Positions 38,954 through 53,314 of a DNA stretch of 64,000 nucleotides are shown here, in pieces. The notes beneath the pieces are model-generated. The model had not been told where the DNA came from. It saw nothing but the letters and a program-made list of their open reading frames with translations, and did not search any database. Positions within the stretch are counted from its first letter, which is position 1, and each line of letters begins with the position of its first letter. The DNA is from Mobula hypostoma (lineage: Eukaryota), in contig NC_086108.1 of the NCBI RefSeq assembly GCF_963921235.1, positions 101,682,001 through 101,746,000 of the forward strand, given 5' to 3'. The position numbers were made by a program, and so were the translations under genes.

Positions 38954-39770
38954 CTAAAAGTAAGTAAAGGTGAGTGATTTTCAGCTGAGGAGAGACTGCA
39001 GCACTAATAATACAATTTGGTTAGAAACTGCCTATAGAAGCTTCCTACTCTCATCTCATTGGTAGTCCATTACGACATCCTCAGTAAATGATCAGGTCAA
39101 GAACAAATTTCAAATTTTGTATGTTTTTATTGCTGTGTGGACTTCCAAATGTATGATATACTGAGCAGGATTTATGGCAACGTACAAAAATGGAAATCTT
39201 TTTCATTAAATTGCTCTGTTCCATCACATCTACAGAAACTGTGACATCTGAGTGAGTTGCAAAATGATCCCAGACAGACATTATGGGCATACAGAACAAA
39301 GACACCCGGCTACCCTGAATATTCATCATCGGTCAAGTTCAATACCTGATTTATTATACAAGGTGATAAATGAATCTGAATCTGAATCTGAATCACTTCT
39401 TAATCTCCTTGGCTGGATAGATGAGAAAGTTTCCAAACAGCAGTAGGCCGGTAAGTTTGATCCAGTCGATGACAATCCATAGATGTCTGAAACTAGCAAG
39501 TAATTTCTTTATTCTGCTTTTCCCATATATATCCATCCTTAAACATCCAAATTTATTTGCTTTTTTATTTATATGCTGTATAATTCTTTATTTTTATTTT
39601 TTTTATTCTTCATAATTGTTGAATGTTGTGTTTTGTTGCATATCACACCCTGACCAACACACCACAGCAAATTCCTAATGCATGTAAATGTATATGGCAA
39701 ATAAAGTTAGTCGTTAAGCCTATATTGATTCTTCTCAACGTTGTCTCAGTTCAATCTGAACAGTAATGTA

Positions 39771-39792
39771 ACACACACACACACACACACAC
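39771..39792 (+). repeat. (AC)11 microsatellite
   Basis: Read directly. Confidence 0.95.
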
Positions 39793-41022
39793 ATATATCT
39801 AGGGGATGCAGATAAAGCCCCATTTACTTTGTTGATTTTTTATTGAAGTTATATGAAGCAATATTTTGCTTCCTGTTGGGAATTACTCTCTCCTGTTCCT
39901 TTTTTTTCTGGAATTTGCAGCAAGAATCCCCTGAGGGTGGTAAGTCACTTTATGTGTTAAATAAATATAATACATCTATCTTCCATAATCTCTATGAGCA
40001 GCCTAGTTGAAGACTTATGCAACTGATTAAATATTTTTCCTGTTTTAGTTGTCACATTTTTGGAAGTCACACCTGGGCAGAATTGGTCTTGACTTGGCTG
40101 CCTGCTCAGACTTCCAGCCCTCCCAGACTTCCTTCATCTGTAGTTGGAAGACCAAACACGATGACTGTTTGCACCCACTAGCTGTCCCACAAGATAGCGC
40201 AAGCTCTGTATAACAGGTTGGCTTCAGGGATCGTACCTGAGGTCCTTACCTCACAATGTTCTGATAGCCTTTGACTGGCATGTAACTACAATATTCTGAT
40301 AAAGTAAAATGATTGGACCTTACCTGCTTTTACATTTTTTCCACAGAATTGGGGACCCCATTCAGACAGATGAATCTCTCATTCACACACTGGTCCTCCC
40401 TGGAATTGGGTTGTGTTCCAGTCAAGATGGTGCCAAGCTTTGGCCTTCATCGAGATTGTGTCTCAGACTTAGTTGTTTTTGAGGTCTGAGGGAACGATTT
40501 TGGGGATTTGAAGTCAGATTAACATTTAGGGACAGGGATGTGGGGGAGGTAGAGGTCAGGTCAGAGTTCAGGTCAGAGCACTCTGTGAGTCAAAGGCCAG
40601 CAACCTTTGTGGAAGTTTGTTGAAGCTGACACTGAGTGCTTGGTGCAGTAAGCCATTGCTTCATTGAGGTCCTAGCACAAAGCCTGGCTCAGGGCTCATT
40701 ACTATGTGAAGCGATGAGATGGATTGTCCATCTGACCTTCAGGCTGTCTGAGATCTTCTCATTTGATCACAGGGACATCTTGAGGTCAAATAAACAGTCA
40801 GCCAGTACAACACAGCCCATTGAAGTCTCGTTTACAATTTGATCAAGGCACCTGTAGGTTAAATAGATCTCCTGGTAGCAGCCAATGGTAAATATCCTTT
40901 ACCGACCCAATTTAGTCTATGTCAATAGGTCTCCCTCAAACTTTCACTTATGTTCACTACATCATTATTCAATTCACAAAATCTCCAATTCTATTTCTCA
41001 AAGAGAATTTTATATGACTTAC

Positions 41023-41281
41023 CTAAACCATTATCTAAAAGTTCCACTTCTTTAAGACGCGTGGGTGTTTCAATAGTGATAATCACTCTCGCAGATAAAA
41101 CTGGTAAAAATCCTTGGGAGACTTTCACATAAATAACCACTGGAGCAGAGGGATCCTTTCTGGTGATTTTTGTGTTGACTGTGACAGGGGAAACGTTCTC
41201 ATCCGCTGCGCGGGATGTTACTGTAACTGTTAATTGTTGCTTATTTCCAGGATTCCTGATACTGTAAGTCCATTTTCCTTC
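41023..41281 (-). CDS. CLCA: CLCA paralog B internal exon (259 nt, phase 0-1)
   Basis: tcttccag|GAA...TTAG|gtaagt; EGKWTYSI...LTVTVTSRAA...VVIYVKVSQGFLPVLSARV...ELLDNGL(G). Confidence 0.95.
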
Positions 41282-42389
41282 CTGGAAGATGATTATGGTT
41301 AGTTCCATGATAATCAAAGGCAGGAATAACTTCTCAGTGATATTTAAATTCATTAATACTGTACATATAGAATAATGATTATCTCTGTTTTGGGAACCAT
41401 TGAGAAGGTTGTGTTGAGTCATTATCTTCAGCACTGTAAAGATACTATAGGATCATAAGCCATAGGAGCAGAATTAGGCTATTTGGCCCATCAAGTCTGT
41501 TTCCCTATTCTATCATGACTGATTTATTATCCCTCCCAACCCTTTTTTCTTGTCCTCTCCCTGTAACTTTTGATGCCTTTGGTAATCAAGAACCTATCAA
41601 CGTCTGTTTTAAATATACGCAATAACTGGGCCTTCACATCCATCTGTGGCAATGAAATTCCTACACATCTTTGTACTAAAGGGACGTTCTAATTTCACGG
41701 TTTTGAAGGAATTTGGTGCAAATAAATGTAGCTTGGTAACCTAAATATATTAACCAACATTCTGTTGAATCCAGGCCCATTTCATACCACTGGAAAATTA
41801 CTCGTCAGTTTGCTATTGAAGAATGGTGCCAGAGAGAGGGGGAAATTCATTGTATAAAAGAGAAAATGCTGGAAATCTCAGCCAGTCAGGCAGCATCTGT
41901 GGGGGGAGAAACACAGGTTATGTTCCAAGTCAACAACTATTCATTTAAATAATTTCATGGAGTACATGGAATTAAACTTTATTTTTCGATTTTGAGAAAA
42001 ATAAGGCAGCATCAATGTATCTCTAAATAAATTAAATAAATAAAGATAAAATTAACCACAGGTATTCACGTCTGAGATGAAGAAGCAAGGAGTTGGTGAG
42101 ATTTAAGGATGTCACTATAAAGGATAGTATGACTGAGGATCAGTTAGGTATTGTCTGAGCATGGATATTAAACACTACGGAATCAAAGGCTGGTATTGAT
42201 CCAAATAACACATCATGCTAGAAGAGCAAAAAAGGATGAAAGGGTCACAAATGTGTACAGTACAGAAACAGGCTCTTCGACTCATTAAATCTATGTCAAC
42301 CATCAACTAACTATTTTCACAAATCCTAAACACTATTTTATCTTCCTTACATTCCCATCAACCTCTCAAAGTCCGCCCTACGTCCCCAA

Positions 42390-44460
42390 CATGACAGGTG
42401 GAAATGGGTAAAGCTGTACAACAGGGCTGTACAGTCGATACAATGGATTACAGAAACATTGGTGAACTCCATCCAGCCATACCATCGGCAGTGAGAAGGG
42501 GCTCATCTTCAAGTGAGCACAAGATGCAGTGCAGGGAAAGTCATCAAGATCCTGCATACCCGACAATCCTTCTGTCACCAACGTACCTGTAATGTGAGAA
42601 CCATGTACTAGGCAGGAAAATCCACCATCACAGCAAATGGGATGAAAGGGTACAAACTGTCAATTCTTGGACTGAGTGAGACAAGATGGATGTCATCTGC
42701 AGTGACTCGACTGACAGACGAGATAAGTATCTTCTACTCAGGCCATCAGAATAATGGCGCACCACATACAAGGGATGTAGCCTTCATGATGACACCAGAA
42801 GCATGCAGATCACATGATCACATGGGAAGCCATCAGTTCCAGAATCATCACTACTATCTTTACAATCAAGCACAAGAGGATAACAACTCAATTTATCCAA
42901 TGTTATGCACCAACAAGCGACACTAATGAAGAAGACAAAGACGAGTTCTACAACACACTCAATGGAGTCATCAACAAAGGGAAGTAAAAAGACCTGACCA
43001 TTATCCTGGGAGAGTTTAATGCCAAGATCAGTAGGGATAATGCAGGATATAAACAAGTGATGGGGAAACACAGTCTTGGAGATATAAATGAAAGCAGGGA
43101 ACGATTTGCTGAAACTTGTGCTAACTTCAAGCTAGGTATTGGAGGAAGCTTATTCCCACACAAGCAAATGCACAAGGCAACAGAGAACCAAATCGACTAT
43201 CTCAAAGAAGTTTCGAAGAGTGAAACGTGGTGCAGATGCAGGATCAGACCACCATCTTCTGGTCACCAAAGTACAGATGAAGCTAAACAGAAGCTATGCA
43301 CTGCCCAACCAGTGACTGAAGTACAATCTGAGCTACTTGAAAGACAAAGAAACAGCTTAGAGATTTGTCCTCACACCTTCCAACAGGTTCCAGTCACTTA
43401 AAGAACTTGAGATCAAAGATGAATGAAGAGCTGTTGAAGAGGCAATAAATGAAACTTGCAAGGAAGTGCTGGGAAAAAGGACATTTGAGCATAAGGAGCA
43501 ATTACACCAGGAACAATGGAAACAATCAACAAGAGGAGAACATAAAAAGAAAAATGCAATGGAAGCAGAAGTAGGAATGAGAGAGCAGGGGCACAAAGGA
43601 AGTATGACACAGAGCACAGGGAAGTAAGTAGAAACATCAAAACAAATGCGAGGGAGTACATCAATACCCTAGCGTTCGAAGCAGAAGATCCCTCAGCAAA
43701 TGGGAATATGGAAGAACTATACATACTACAGAGAAATTAGCTGGCAAATTCAACCAAATCAACATCCAAGTGAAGGATAAAGATGGACATGTCCTAAGTA
43801 AAGAAGACAAACAGCTCCAACGTAAGGCACAGCACTTCGATAAGCTTCTGAACAGACCACCTCCTCCAGAACCCTCTTTAGTTCCAGAAGCACCATCAGA
43901 CTTGGATGTCAACTGTGCCAAGCCATCAGAGAAGGAAATCATACAGGCAATCAAGAGGCTAAATTCAGGAAAAGCAGCTGGCCCAGGCAGCGTACCACCC
44001 GAGACTTTGAAGGTAGACCCTATTTTTCGGCAGATATCCTATACACTTTGTTCTGCAACATTTGGAACAAAGAAGGGATGCTTTCAGAGTGGAATGAAAG
44101 TCACATAATGAAGCTTCCAAAGAAAGGTGAGTAATGAGACTGTAAATCTACAGAGGTATATCCTTAATCTCTGTGATTGGAAAGGAGCTAAACAGAAGTA
44201 TTCTCTAACGCCTTCAACAAGCATTGACACAACATTAAGGGACCAGCAAGCAGGCTTTAGGAAAGATCACTCCTGCACAGACCAGATAGTTACCTTAAGA
44301 ATAATCATTGTACAGTCTATTGAATGGAATACTTCTCTCTACGTAAACTTTATCAACTACAAGAAAGCCTTTGATAGCTTAGACAGAAACACCCTGTTGA
44401 AACTTACGAAATATGGAATACTGCAAAAATTTATCAATGTCATCAGGAACTCCTAGAACA
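42390..44460 (+). mobile_element. RTE-clade LINE, degenerate (APE plus RT N-part), 3' truncated
   Basis: 'ILGLSETRW', 'IQCYAPT', 'GEFNAKI', 'GKAAGPG', 'QQAGFRKDHSCTDQI.TLRII', 'FINYKKAFDSL'. Confidence 0.88.
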
Positions 44461-44469
44461 ATGCCAGCT

Positions 44470-47420
44470 GCACTGAGATGCAGCTCCTTAGAGAGCGTGT
44501 TAGGGATCTTGAGCTGCGGCTTGCTGACCTACAGCTTATTAGGGAAAGTGAACAGGAGGTCGATAGGAGCAACAGGGAGTTAGTCACTCCAAGGCTACAG
44601 AAGTTTTTATAAGTGGGTGATGATCAGGAAGTGAAGGGAAGAGCTCAGATAGTAGAACGCACCTGTTGCCATCCCTCTCAGTAATCGTTATCTCACTTTG
44701 GATGCTGTTGAGGGGGTATGCCCTGACACAGGACGATCACGGCGATTGGGTGTCTGGCACTGAGCCTGGTTCCATGGTGCACAAGGGAGAGAAGAAGATG
44801 AGGAATGCAGTAGTCATAGGGGATTCCATAGTGAGAGGAACAAACAGGAGGTTTTTTTCAGCCTGATAGAGATACCCACATGGTGTGTTGCCTCCCAGGT
44901 GTCAGGGTATGGGACATCTCGAATCAGAAACAGAGTATTCTGAAGGGAGAGGTTGAACAGCCAGAAGTCTTGGTACACGTTGGTACCAATGACATAGGTA
45001 GAAAAAGGGAGGAGGTTCTGAAGACAGAATTCAGGGAGATGGGTAGGAAGCAGAAAAGCAGGACCTCCAGGGTAGTAATCTCGGGATTGCTGCCCATGCC
45101 AAGTGCTAACGAGCACAAGAATGGCATGATCAGACATATTAATGCGTGGCTGTGAGATTGCTTCAGGTTAGCTTCAGGTTGCTGGATCATTGGGGCCAAC
45201 ATGTACAAAAATGATGGGTTACACCTGAACCCAAAGGGGTCCAATATCCTAACAGGCAGGTTTAATAGAGATGTTGGGGAGGGTTTAAAATAATTTGGCA
45301 GGGAAATCGGAGTGATAGGGCAGAGGAAGGGGAAACAGAAATAAATCAAAGATAGCGTGCAATAGAGATGATAGAAAGGACAGGCAGCCGATGAGGCATA
45401 ATCACAGCCAGTGAGATGAGCTACAGGGCAATAGAAGCGTGGTGCAGTTAAAGCAGAAAGCAACAAATACTGGACTGAAAGTGTTATACTTGAATGCATG
45501 CAGCATAAGAAAGAAAATGGATGATCTTGACATTCAGCTACAGATTGGCAAGTATAATGTTGTGGCCAACTCTGAAACTTAGCTAAAGGATGGCTGCCAT
45601 TGGGTTCTGAACATCCAAGGATATACAGTGCATCAGAAAGATAGGTTAGTAGGCAGAGGGGGTGGTGTGGCCCTGTGTATAAGAAATAATATTAATTCAT
45701 TAGAAAGGGATGACATAGGATCGGAAGGTGTAGAGTCTCTAGGGGTTGAGTTGAGAAATGGCAAGGGTAAAAGTACCCTAATAGCAATTATATACAGGCC
45801 TCCAAACAACAGCCAGGATGTGGATTACAAATTACAACAGGAAATAGAAAAGGCGTGTCAGATGAGCAGTGTCATGATAATTGTTGGGGATTTTAACATG
45901 AAAGTGGATTGGGAAAACAAAGTCAGTACTGGACCTCAAGAGAGAGGATTTGTCGAATGTCTAAGGGATGGCTTTTTAGAACAGTTTGTTGTTGAGACCG
46001 CTGGGGGATCAGCTGTGCTGGATTGGGTGTTGTGCAATGATCCAGAGGTGATAAAGGAGCTTAAAGTTAAGGAACACCTAGGGAACAGTGATCACAATAT
46101 GAACGAGTTCACATTGAAATTTGAGAGGGAAAGAGCTAAATTCCAATGTGTTGGTATTTCAATGGAATAAAGGAAATTACAATGGCACGATAGGGGAATT
46201 GGCCAAAGTTGACTGGAAAGTGACACTAGCAGGAAGCAATATCTGGAGTTTCTGTGAAAAATGAAGGAAGTGCAAGACAGATATATTACAAACAAGAAGA
46301 AATTTTCGAATGGAGGAAGGACACTACAGTGGCTGACAAGTGAGGTGAAAGCAAAAGGGAGGGCATACAAGGAAGCCAAAGCTCATGGGAAGATAAAGGT
46401 TTGGGAAGCTTTTAAAAACTTGCAGAAGGAAACTAAGAAGGTCATTAGGAAGGAAAAGATGAATTATGAAAGGAAGCTGGTGACTATTATCTAAAAAGCT
46501 TTTTTTAAGTATATAAAGGGTAAAAGAGAGTTGAGGGTAGATATAGGACCAATAGAAAATGGTGCTGGAGATATAGAAACGAGAAATGTAGAGATGGCAG
46601 AGGAACTGAATGCGTAGGTTGTAAATCTAGTCAGCTCCATCTTGGGCACTAGCCTACAAAGTACCCAGGACATCTTTAGGAAGCGGTGTCTCATAAAGGC
46701 AGTGTCCATTATTAAGGACCTCCAGCACCCAGGGCATGCACTTTTCTCACTGTTAGCATCAGGTAGGAGATACAGAAGCCTGAAGGCACACACTCAGCAA
46801 TTCAGGAACAGCTTCCTCCCCTCTGCCATCCAATTCCTAAATAGACTTTGAAGCTTTGGACACTACCTCACTTTTTAATATATAGTATTTCTGTTTTTGC
46901 ACATTTTAAATAATCTATTCAATATACGTAATTGATTCACCTGTTTATTTATTATGTTTTATTTTATTTATTTTTTTCTCTCTCTGCTAGATTATGTATT
47001 GCATTGAACTGTTGCTGCTGCTAAGTCAACAAATTTCACGTCCCACTGATAATAAACCTGATTCTGATTCCGATTTTGCATCAGTCTTCACAGAAGACAT
47101 TTGCAGTATACCGGACATTCAAGAGTGTCAGGGAAGTGAAGTACGTGCGGAGAAGGTGCTCAGGATGCTTAACGGTCTGAGGGTGGATAAATCTCCTGGA
47201 CCTGATGGAATGCACCCTTGGGTTCTAAAGGAAGTAGCTGGAGAGATTGCAGGGGTATTAACAATGATCTTTCAAGAATCTGGCATTGTATTGGATGATT
47301 GGAAAATTGCAAATGTTACACCACAATTTAAGAAGGGCGGGAGGTAGCAGAAAGGAAACTATAGACCTGTGAGCCTGACATCAATGGTTGGGAAGTTGTT
47401 GAAATCAATTGTTAGGGATG
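44470..47420 (+). mobile_element. CR1 (ORF1 esterase, APE, start of RT), 3' truncated
   Basis: 'IGDSIVRG', 'VHVGTNDIG', 'GGGVAL', 'YRPP', 'GDFN', 'SDHN', 'KSPGPDG', 'DWKIANVTP'. Confidence 0.92.
46617..47072 (+). mobile_element. Rex1/Babar-like LINE 3' end inserted in CR1
   Basis: 'IIKDLQHPGHALFSLLASGRRYRSL...FRNSFLPSAI', aataaa plus (tgattc)n tail; splits the host codons N-A-Y|F-A-S-V-F. Confidence 0.78.
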
Positions 47421-47423
47421 TCA

Positions 47424-47581
47424 TGACTATTGTTCTTTGAAAGACTTGACGATTACACCTTTAGTCAGTCATCCTTCCCTTATTCATGAATAAAGGTATT
47501 TTCTAGTCATTTCGAAGACCTGTCCAATTCATTAGTGACAAACTTTAATTGACATTCCTTGGTAAATTAATTTCCCTAACA
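47424..47581 (+). repeat. Truncated ERV 5' LTR (3' part only)
   Basis: Aligns with about 62217-62369 at roughly 85% identity by eye; contains AATAAA; ends in CA. Confidence 0.85.
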
Positions 47582-47584
47582 TTT

Positions 47585-47604
47585 TGGCGACGAGGGTGGG
47601 ATTC
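47585..47604 (+). promoter_or_regulatory. Primer-binding site complementary to the tRNA-Ser(GCU) 3' end
   Basis: TGGCGACGAGGGTGGGATTC begins 3 nt after the LTR CA and is the reverse complement of ...GAATCCCACCCTCGTCG-CCA (tRNA identity recalled, not searched). Confidence 0.82.
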
Positions 47605-47841
47605 CTATAGATACGGGATCCAAGCACACCACGACCGAAAAATTTGTTTAAGTCTATTAAGTCTAATAGGCGATAGTAAATTCTCTGACAATGTGAGTTA
47701 AGCTTGGGAAGCATTCATGAGGACCATTTGCCCGGGAGCCACTACTAAGTCTCCAAGGGAGTCATGACCAGTAGGACAAGACCGGTACAGACGAGGATCC
47801 CGCCCGCCTGGTGACCAACCCTGAGCTCCCGGAGAGGGGCT

Positions 47842-50800
47842 TTCTTTTAAAATATTTTTATTGATTTCTTACATAAAAGAATACAGAGTACAGTAAGATA
47901 TATTTTATATATATCGATTACAACATATTGGAATCACAAATATAGTTTCACAACCCCATTTCCGTTTGCATTAAACTTAAACATAATATTGAAAAAATCT
48001 AAATCCACTACCAAAAAAACCCAGCTGTTTGGTTAAAGAAAAAGAAAAAATCCTGATCATATAATAAAACACATTGTTAGCCAACATCTGTGCTTAATAG
48101 CAAATCAAAAATTTTGAAAATAATTCAAAAAAGGTCCCCAGAATGTCAAAAAAATCTTGTCTAGGTTCAGAAATTGAGCAATGAATCTTCTTTGAATTTA
48201 AGCAAGACATAACATCACGTAACCAATGAGTATGAGTAGGCGGAGTGGCTTCCTTCCACTTAAGCAACAATGCCCTCCTGGCTATAAGAGACATAAAGGC
48301 CAAAATATGCAAATCATGTGACTCCAAAATAATATAATTTCCTCCAACAATACCAAATGAAGCAGTCAAAGGATTAGGTTTAAATTTTACTTTAAAAAGC
48401 ACCGAAAAAGTTTGGAACACTTCCTTCCAATATTTTTCAAGACAGGGACAAGTCCAAAACATATGAATTAGTGAAGCTTCTCCATTGTTACATCTATCAC
48501 AATAGGGAGATATATCTGAATACAAACGAGAGAGCTTATCATGTGGGCCCTATGAACCACTTTAAATTGTAGAAGGGAATGATGAGCACATAACAATGAG
48601 GTATTAACCAATTTAAAAATTTTATTCCAAGTATCCTCCGAAAATGGAATCTGTAAATTTTGTTTCCAGAGATTTTTAATTTTGTCTAAAGGAAAATTTC
48701 TCATTCCCAACAACATACCATAAATATTAGATATAAATCCATTATGGAATGGTTTCAAATTAAAAATTGCATCAAATAAATTCTTATCTGGACTCTTAGG
48801 AAATGTATGTACTTGAGAATGCAAAAAGTCTCTAATTTGTAAATAACAAAAGAAGTGGGTTTTGGGTAGGTTATACTTAGCTGACAATTGTTCAGATGAA
48901 GAGAGACTCTCGCCAACAAACAAATCCTGAAAACATTTAATACCCAATCTATTCCACTCTTTAAAAACTACATCAGTCATAGAATGTTTTAAAAAATAGT
49001 TGGAAAAAATGGGATTTGAAAGTGAAAAACTCAATCAACCAACATATTTTCTAAATTGTACCCAAATCCTCAAGGAGTGTTTAACTACAAAATTATCAGT
49101 TAAATTACTTAAAGATAAAGGAATTGAGGATCCAAGAAGAGAAATCATAGAAAATTTATTAACAGAATTAGCTTCTAAAGAAACCCAGCCCAGACAGTCT
49201 GCTCAATTAATATAATATAACCAAAACGTAAGATTCCGTATATTGACTGCCCAGTAACAAAACCTAAAATTTGGTAAAGCTAAACCTCCATTATTTTTAG
49301 CTTTTTGAAGGTGAACTTTAGTTAATAGAGAAATTTTATTTTTCCATGTATATGAAGATATAATAGAATCCAGAGAATCATAAAAGGATTTAGGAATAAA
49401 AACAGGTATGGCCTGAAATAAATATAAAACTGTAGGCAAAATATTCATTTTTATAGAAATAATTCAGCCAATCAATGATAAAGAGAGGGGTGACCAATTT
49501 GATATTGCCTTCTTAACATAATTCAGAAGAGTAAAAAAAATTCTTAATAAAGGAATTTATAATTCCTAGTAATTGTTATGCCCAAATAAGTAAATTGATT
49601 TCTTACAATTTTAAAAGGACGGTTAATGTTAACTAATACCAAATTATTCAAAGGAAAAAGTTCACTCTTATGAAAGTTAAGTTTATATCCTGAAAACTGG
49701 CTAAAGCGGGAAAGTAAAGAAAGTACGGTAGGTAAAGAAGATTCCACATTAGAAATGTAGAGCAAAATGTCATCAGCATAAAGTGACACTTTGTGGGTAA
49801 TACCCCTCCTTGAAATACCAGTAATATCATTAGATTCCCGGAAAGCAATAGCTAAAGGTTCTAAGACCAAATCAAAAGGCAAAGGACTGAAAGGACAACT
49901 TTGTCTGATTCCATGTTGAAGTTTAAATAGTTTAGAATTCTGAGAGTTTGCAAGAACCTTAGCGGAGGGAGACAGATAAAGTAATTTAATCCATTGAATA
50001 AAATCGGGCCCAAAGTTAAATTTTTCTGAAGTTTTAAATAAATAATTCCATTCAACCTGACCAAAGGCTTCCTCAGCATCTAAGGATATCACACATTCAG
50101 ATATCTCTTTAGAAGGAGAATAAATAACATTCAATAAATGATGAACATTAAAGTGGGAGTATCGACTTTTGATAAATCCAGTCTGATCATCAGAAATTAA
50201 AGATGGCAAAATATTTCCAATCCTACAAGCCAAAAGTTTAGATAAAATTTTAGTATCAACATTAAGTAAGGAAACTGGTCTATAAGAAGAACATTCAGGT
50301 GGATCCTTATTCTGTTTAAGAATAAGCAAAATGGAGGCTTCATAAAAAGATTGTGACAATGTACCCAATGTAAAAGAGTCTGACAGGCCTGCGTATAAGT
50401 GAGGTACAAGCAAAGAGGGGAAAGCCTTATAAAACTCTCCAGGAAATCCATCAGGACCCGGAGTCTTCCCCGAGTGCAAAGAGTGAACACCTCGGCAATT
50501 TCCTCATAAAAAATGGGTTAATGCAGCAATTTTCGATTATCATCAGAAAGTGTAGGATTGTTTAATCGATCTAAGAAATTATTCATTGTAGTATTATCTT
50601 TAGGAGGATCTGAACTATAAAGTTTAGAATAGAATGCTCTAAAAATACCATTTATTTCTAAATGATCAGATGTTTTATCACCATTAGCTTTACAATTTTC
50701 TTTAATTTGGCGTTTAGCTATAAAGTTCTTTAATTGGTTAGCCAATAGTTTAGCGTTTTATCTCCATAAACATAAAACTGACTTTTATCTTTTAAAAGTT

Positions 50801-53314
50801 GAGTTTCAATTGGATAAGTTAAAAGCAGATCGTATTTAGTTTTAATTTCAACGCGTCTTTTATATAAAGCAGGATCTGGAGCCAAAGCATATATTTGGTC
50901 TAATTGTTTCAACTGATTGGGTAATTCAGTCCTTTCCTTATTAGCTGCTTTTCTTAACACTTGCGGTAAAAGAAATAATTTGTCCTCTAATATAAGCCTT
51001 AGAAGCATCCCATAAGATAAGACTAGAAGTCTCTCCTAGCCTATATTTAAAAAAAAGAGTAATTTGTCTCTCAAAAAATTTTTTTAAATCTTTATCAGAT
51101 AACAGAGTTGGATTCAGACACCAGGAGCATGATCTGAAACAGCAAATTCTTTATATTCACAGGATCGAACTAATGGAATCAATTGGCTTTCAACAAAAAA
51201 TAAATAATCCTGGAATACATATGATGAACATGAGGAAAAAAATGAGTACTCTCTATCTGTTGGATACAAAAAATGCCAAGCATCAACAGTATCACATTTC
51301 ATTAGAAAAGATTGGATAAAGGAGGCAGATCTACTACATGTCAATCATTTAGAAGAAGAACGATCTAAAACAGTTAAAGTCTCTTCATAAAAACAAAGAA
51401 TATAAACTTAAATCTGGTAAAAGTGAAAAAAAAGTTCAAAAAAGCCTGGATCATCTATACTTGGGGCATACAAATTAGCAAAAACCATTAATTTATTATC
51501 TAATTTCCCTGAGACTAAAACAAAATGCCCATTGGTATCAGATACTACATTATGTTGAACAAAAGAAACTGAATTGTGCATAAGAATCGAAACTCGTCTT
51601 GACTTAGCCTGAAAGGAGGAATGGAAAGACAAACCCTTCCAACGGCCAAAAAGACGTAAATTATCAAACTTATGAACATGTGTTTCTCGTAAAAAAATAA
51701 TTGAGACATTCAATTTCTTAATATAATTAAATATCTTATTACGTTTCACAGGATGGTTTAATCCTTTCACATTAAGACTAAGTAAATTAAAAATATGGTC
51801 CATTTTAAATATTGCTTAAAGGAGATGTTTGAATGAAAACCGCAGGAATATATATTAAATCCAAACAATGAGCTTTAAGAAAAAGTAACCAAGCAACAAA
51901 TGAAGCTAAGAGAACCAAACAGCTGACAGAAAAAAAGAAAACCACCCCTCATCCCCCGCCCAAAGAGAGAAAATTGACCAAAGGGTAGTCAACAGCTAAG
52001 TCAACCATCCCTCCCAAAACAATCTACTGGCTGAGCTTCAAAAAGAATTTTTCAAGGTAAAACTGCATTCCAACAAGACACAACAGAAAAAACAGAGCAA
52101 ACTTAAACACATTTAAAAAAGTCTTTAAAAATTATAGTATAAAATATTAGAAAGAAATATGAAAGTTCAAAACATATTAACTTAGAAAGTATTAACTCAA
52201 AGAAAACTTACTAATATTAAATCCTTAATTTTCTAAAGAAGTAAATAAAAGTACAAAAAAAATTCGATAGGAAGGTATACCAACAGTAAAAAAAAACAAT
52301 TGTTCATACAAGCAAGTAATGAACAGTTAGACTGCTAATTCTATAAAAGGATCCATCAAACAGACGCAACATAAATTTGTGTAAAGAGTTATTGAACAGT
52401 TAAACTTTTGAGATTGATTTGGCACTCAAGAAATCTTGCACCTCTTCGGTAGAGCAAAACCATCTCTGAGAACCATTTTTCAAAATGATTCTAAGATGAG
52501 CAGGGTATCTTAGAGAGGGTTTAAAACCTTTGTTATACAGCTCAGACGTGACTTTTTTAAACTTCAAGCGTTCATTCAACACCTTGGGTGAAAAATCTTC
52601 CACAATTCTGAACTTCTGGTCTTCATAATCAATCATACCTTTCCGACGAGATTCACGAATTAAAAGTTCCTTTGTTTGAAAGTCATGAAGACAAATTATC
52701 ACTGAGCGGAGTCGTCCTCCCGGAGGAGGTCTTGGTACAGGCGATCTGTGAGCTCGTTCTATTTCAGGTGAAGGCTTTAAAATATTCAGAAATAAATTAG
52801 CCAAAAGGTTTGCAAAATATTCCAAAGGCTGATTGCCTTCCAATGACTCTTCAAAATGCAGAATACATAGATTATTTCTTTTGTTTCTATTTTCTAAGTC
52901 AATAATGTTCTGTCTTAATATTTCATTAACCTTTAACTGTTTATCACAGATCTGTTCCAGGTCGTCAATCTTTGCATCAAACGTCATCAAAATATCTTCG
53001 TTCTCTTTTATCCGTTTATTGTGTTCACTTAAAGTTTTTTTGAATAGAATCCAATTTTCTAGTCATCCATTTAAATTCAGCACTGAGTTGCTGTTAATCC
53101 TCTGAAAGTTCATTTTCCTGTTGCCGAAGTGTCATCAAAATAGATTCCAAAGTTACTGGAGAGTCCTCTTCTTTTTCAGTAGCTTTAGCACGACTCATTA
53201 TAAAACAGTATTACATTTAAAAGTAAGTTTTCAAAACAAGTTGGAAGCAGTAAATTAAAAAGAGTAGGAGCACCTATAAAAGCGCTGCTACTCCATCAAC
53301 AGCCAGTAGGATCT
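47842..53314 (-). mobile_element. Apparently full-length (~5.5 kb) L1-clade LINE, decayed ORF1 and ORF2, 13-bp TSD
   Basis: ORF1 'DLENRNKRNNL...IERAHR' (52400-52990); ORF2 'SLNVKGLN', 'NLYAP', 'SDH', 'KTPGPDGF', 'SLYADD', C-terminal 'CDRC..HMFWTC'. TSD ccggagaggggct at 47829-47841 and 53315-53327. Confidence 0.95.

Noticed and set aside
40991..41434. ORF-track starts for the CLCA pieces (also 34164-34460, 29730-30263, 62749-62982) as standalone genes
   Set aside because: These ORFs run into introns; the true units are spliced exons defined by AG/GT sites and phase continuity.
47585..47604. tRNA gene
   Set aside because: Only the 3'-terminal complement including CCA is present, next to an LTR; it is a primer-binding site, not a tRNA gene.
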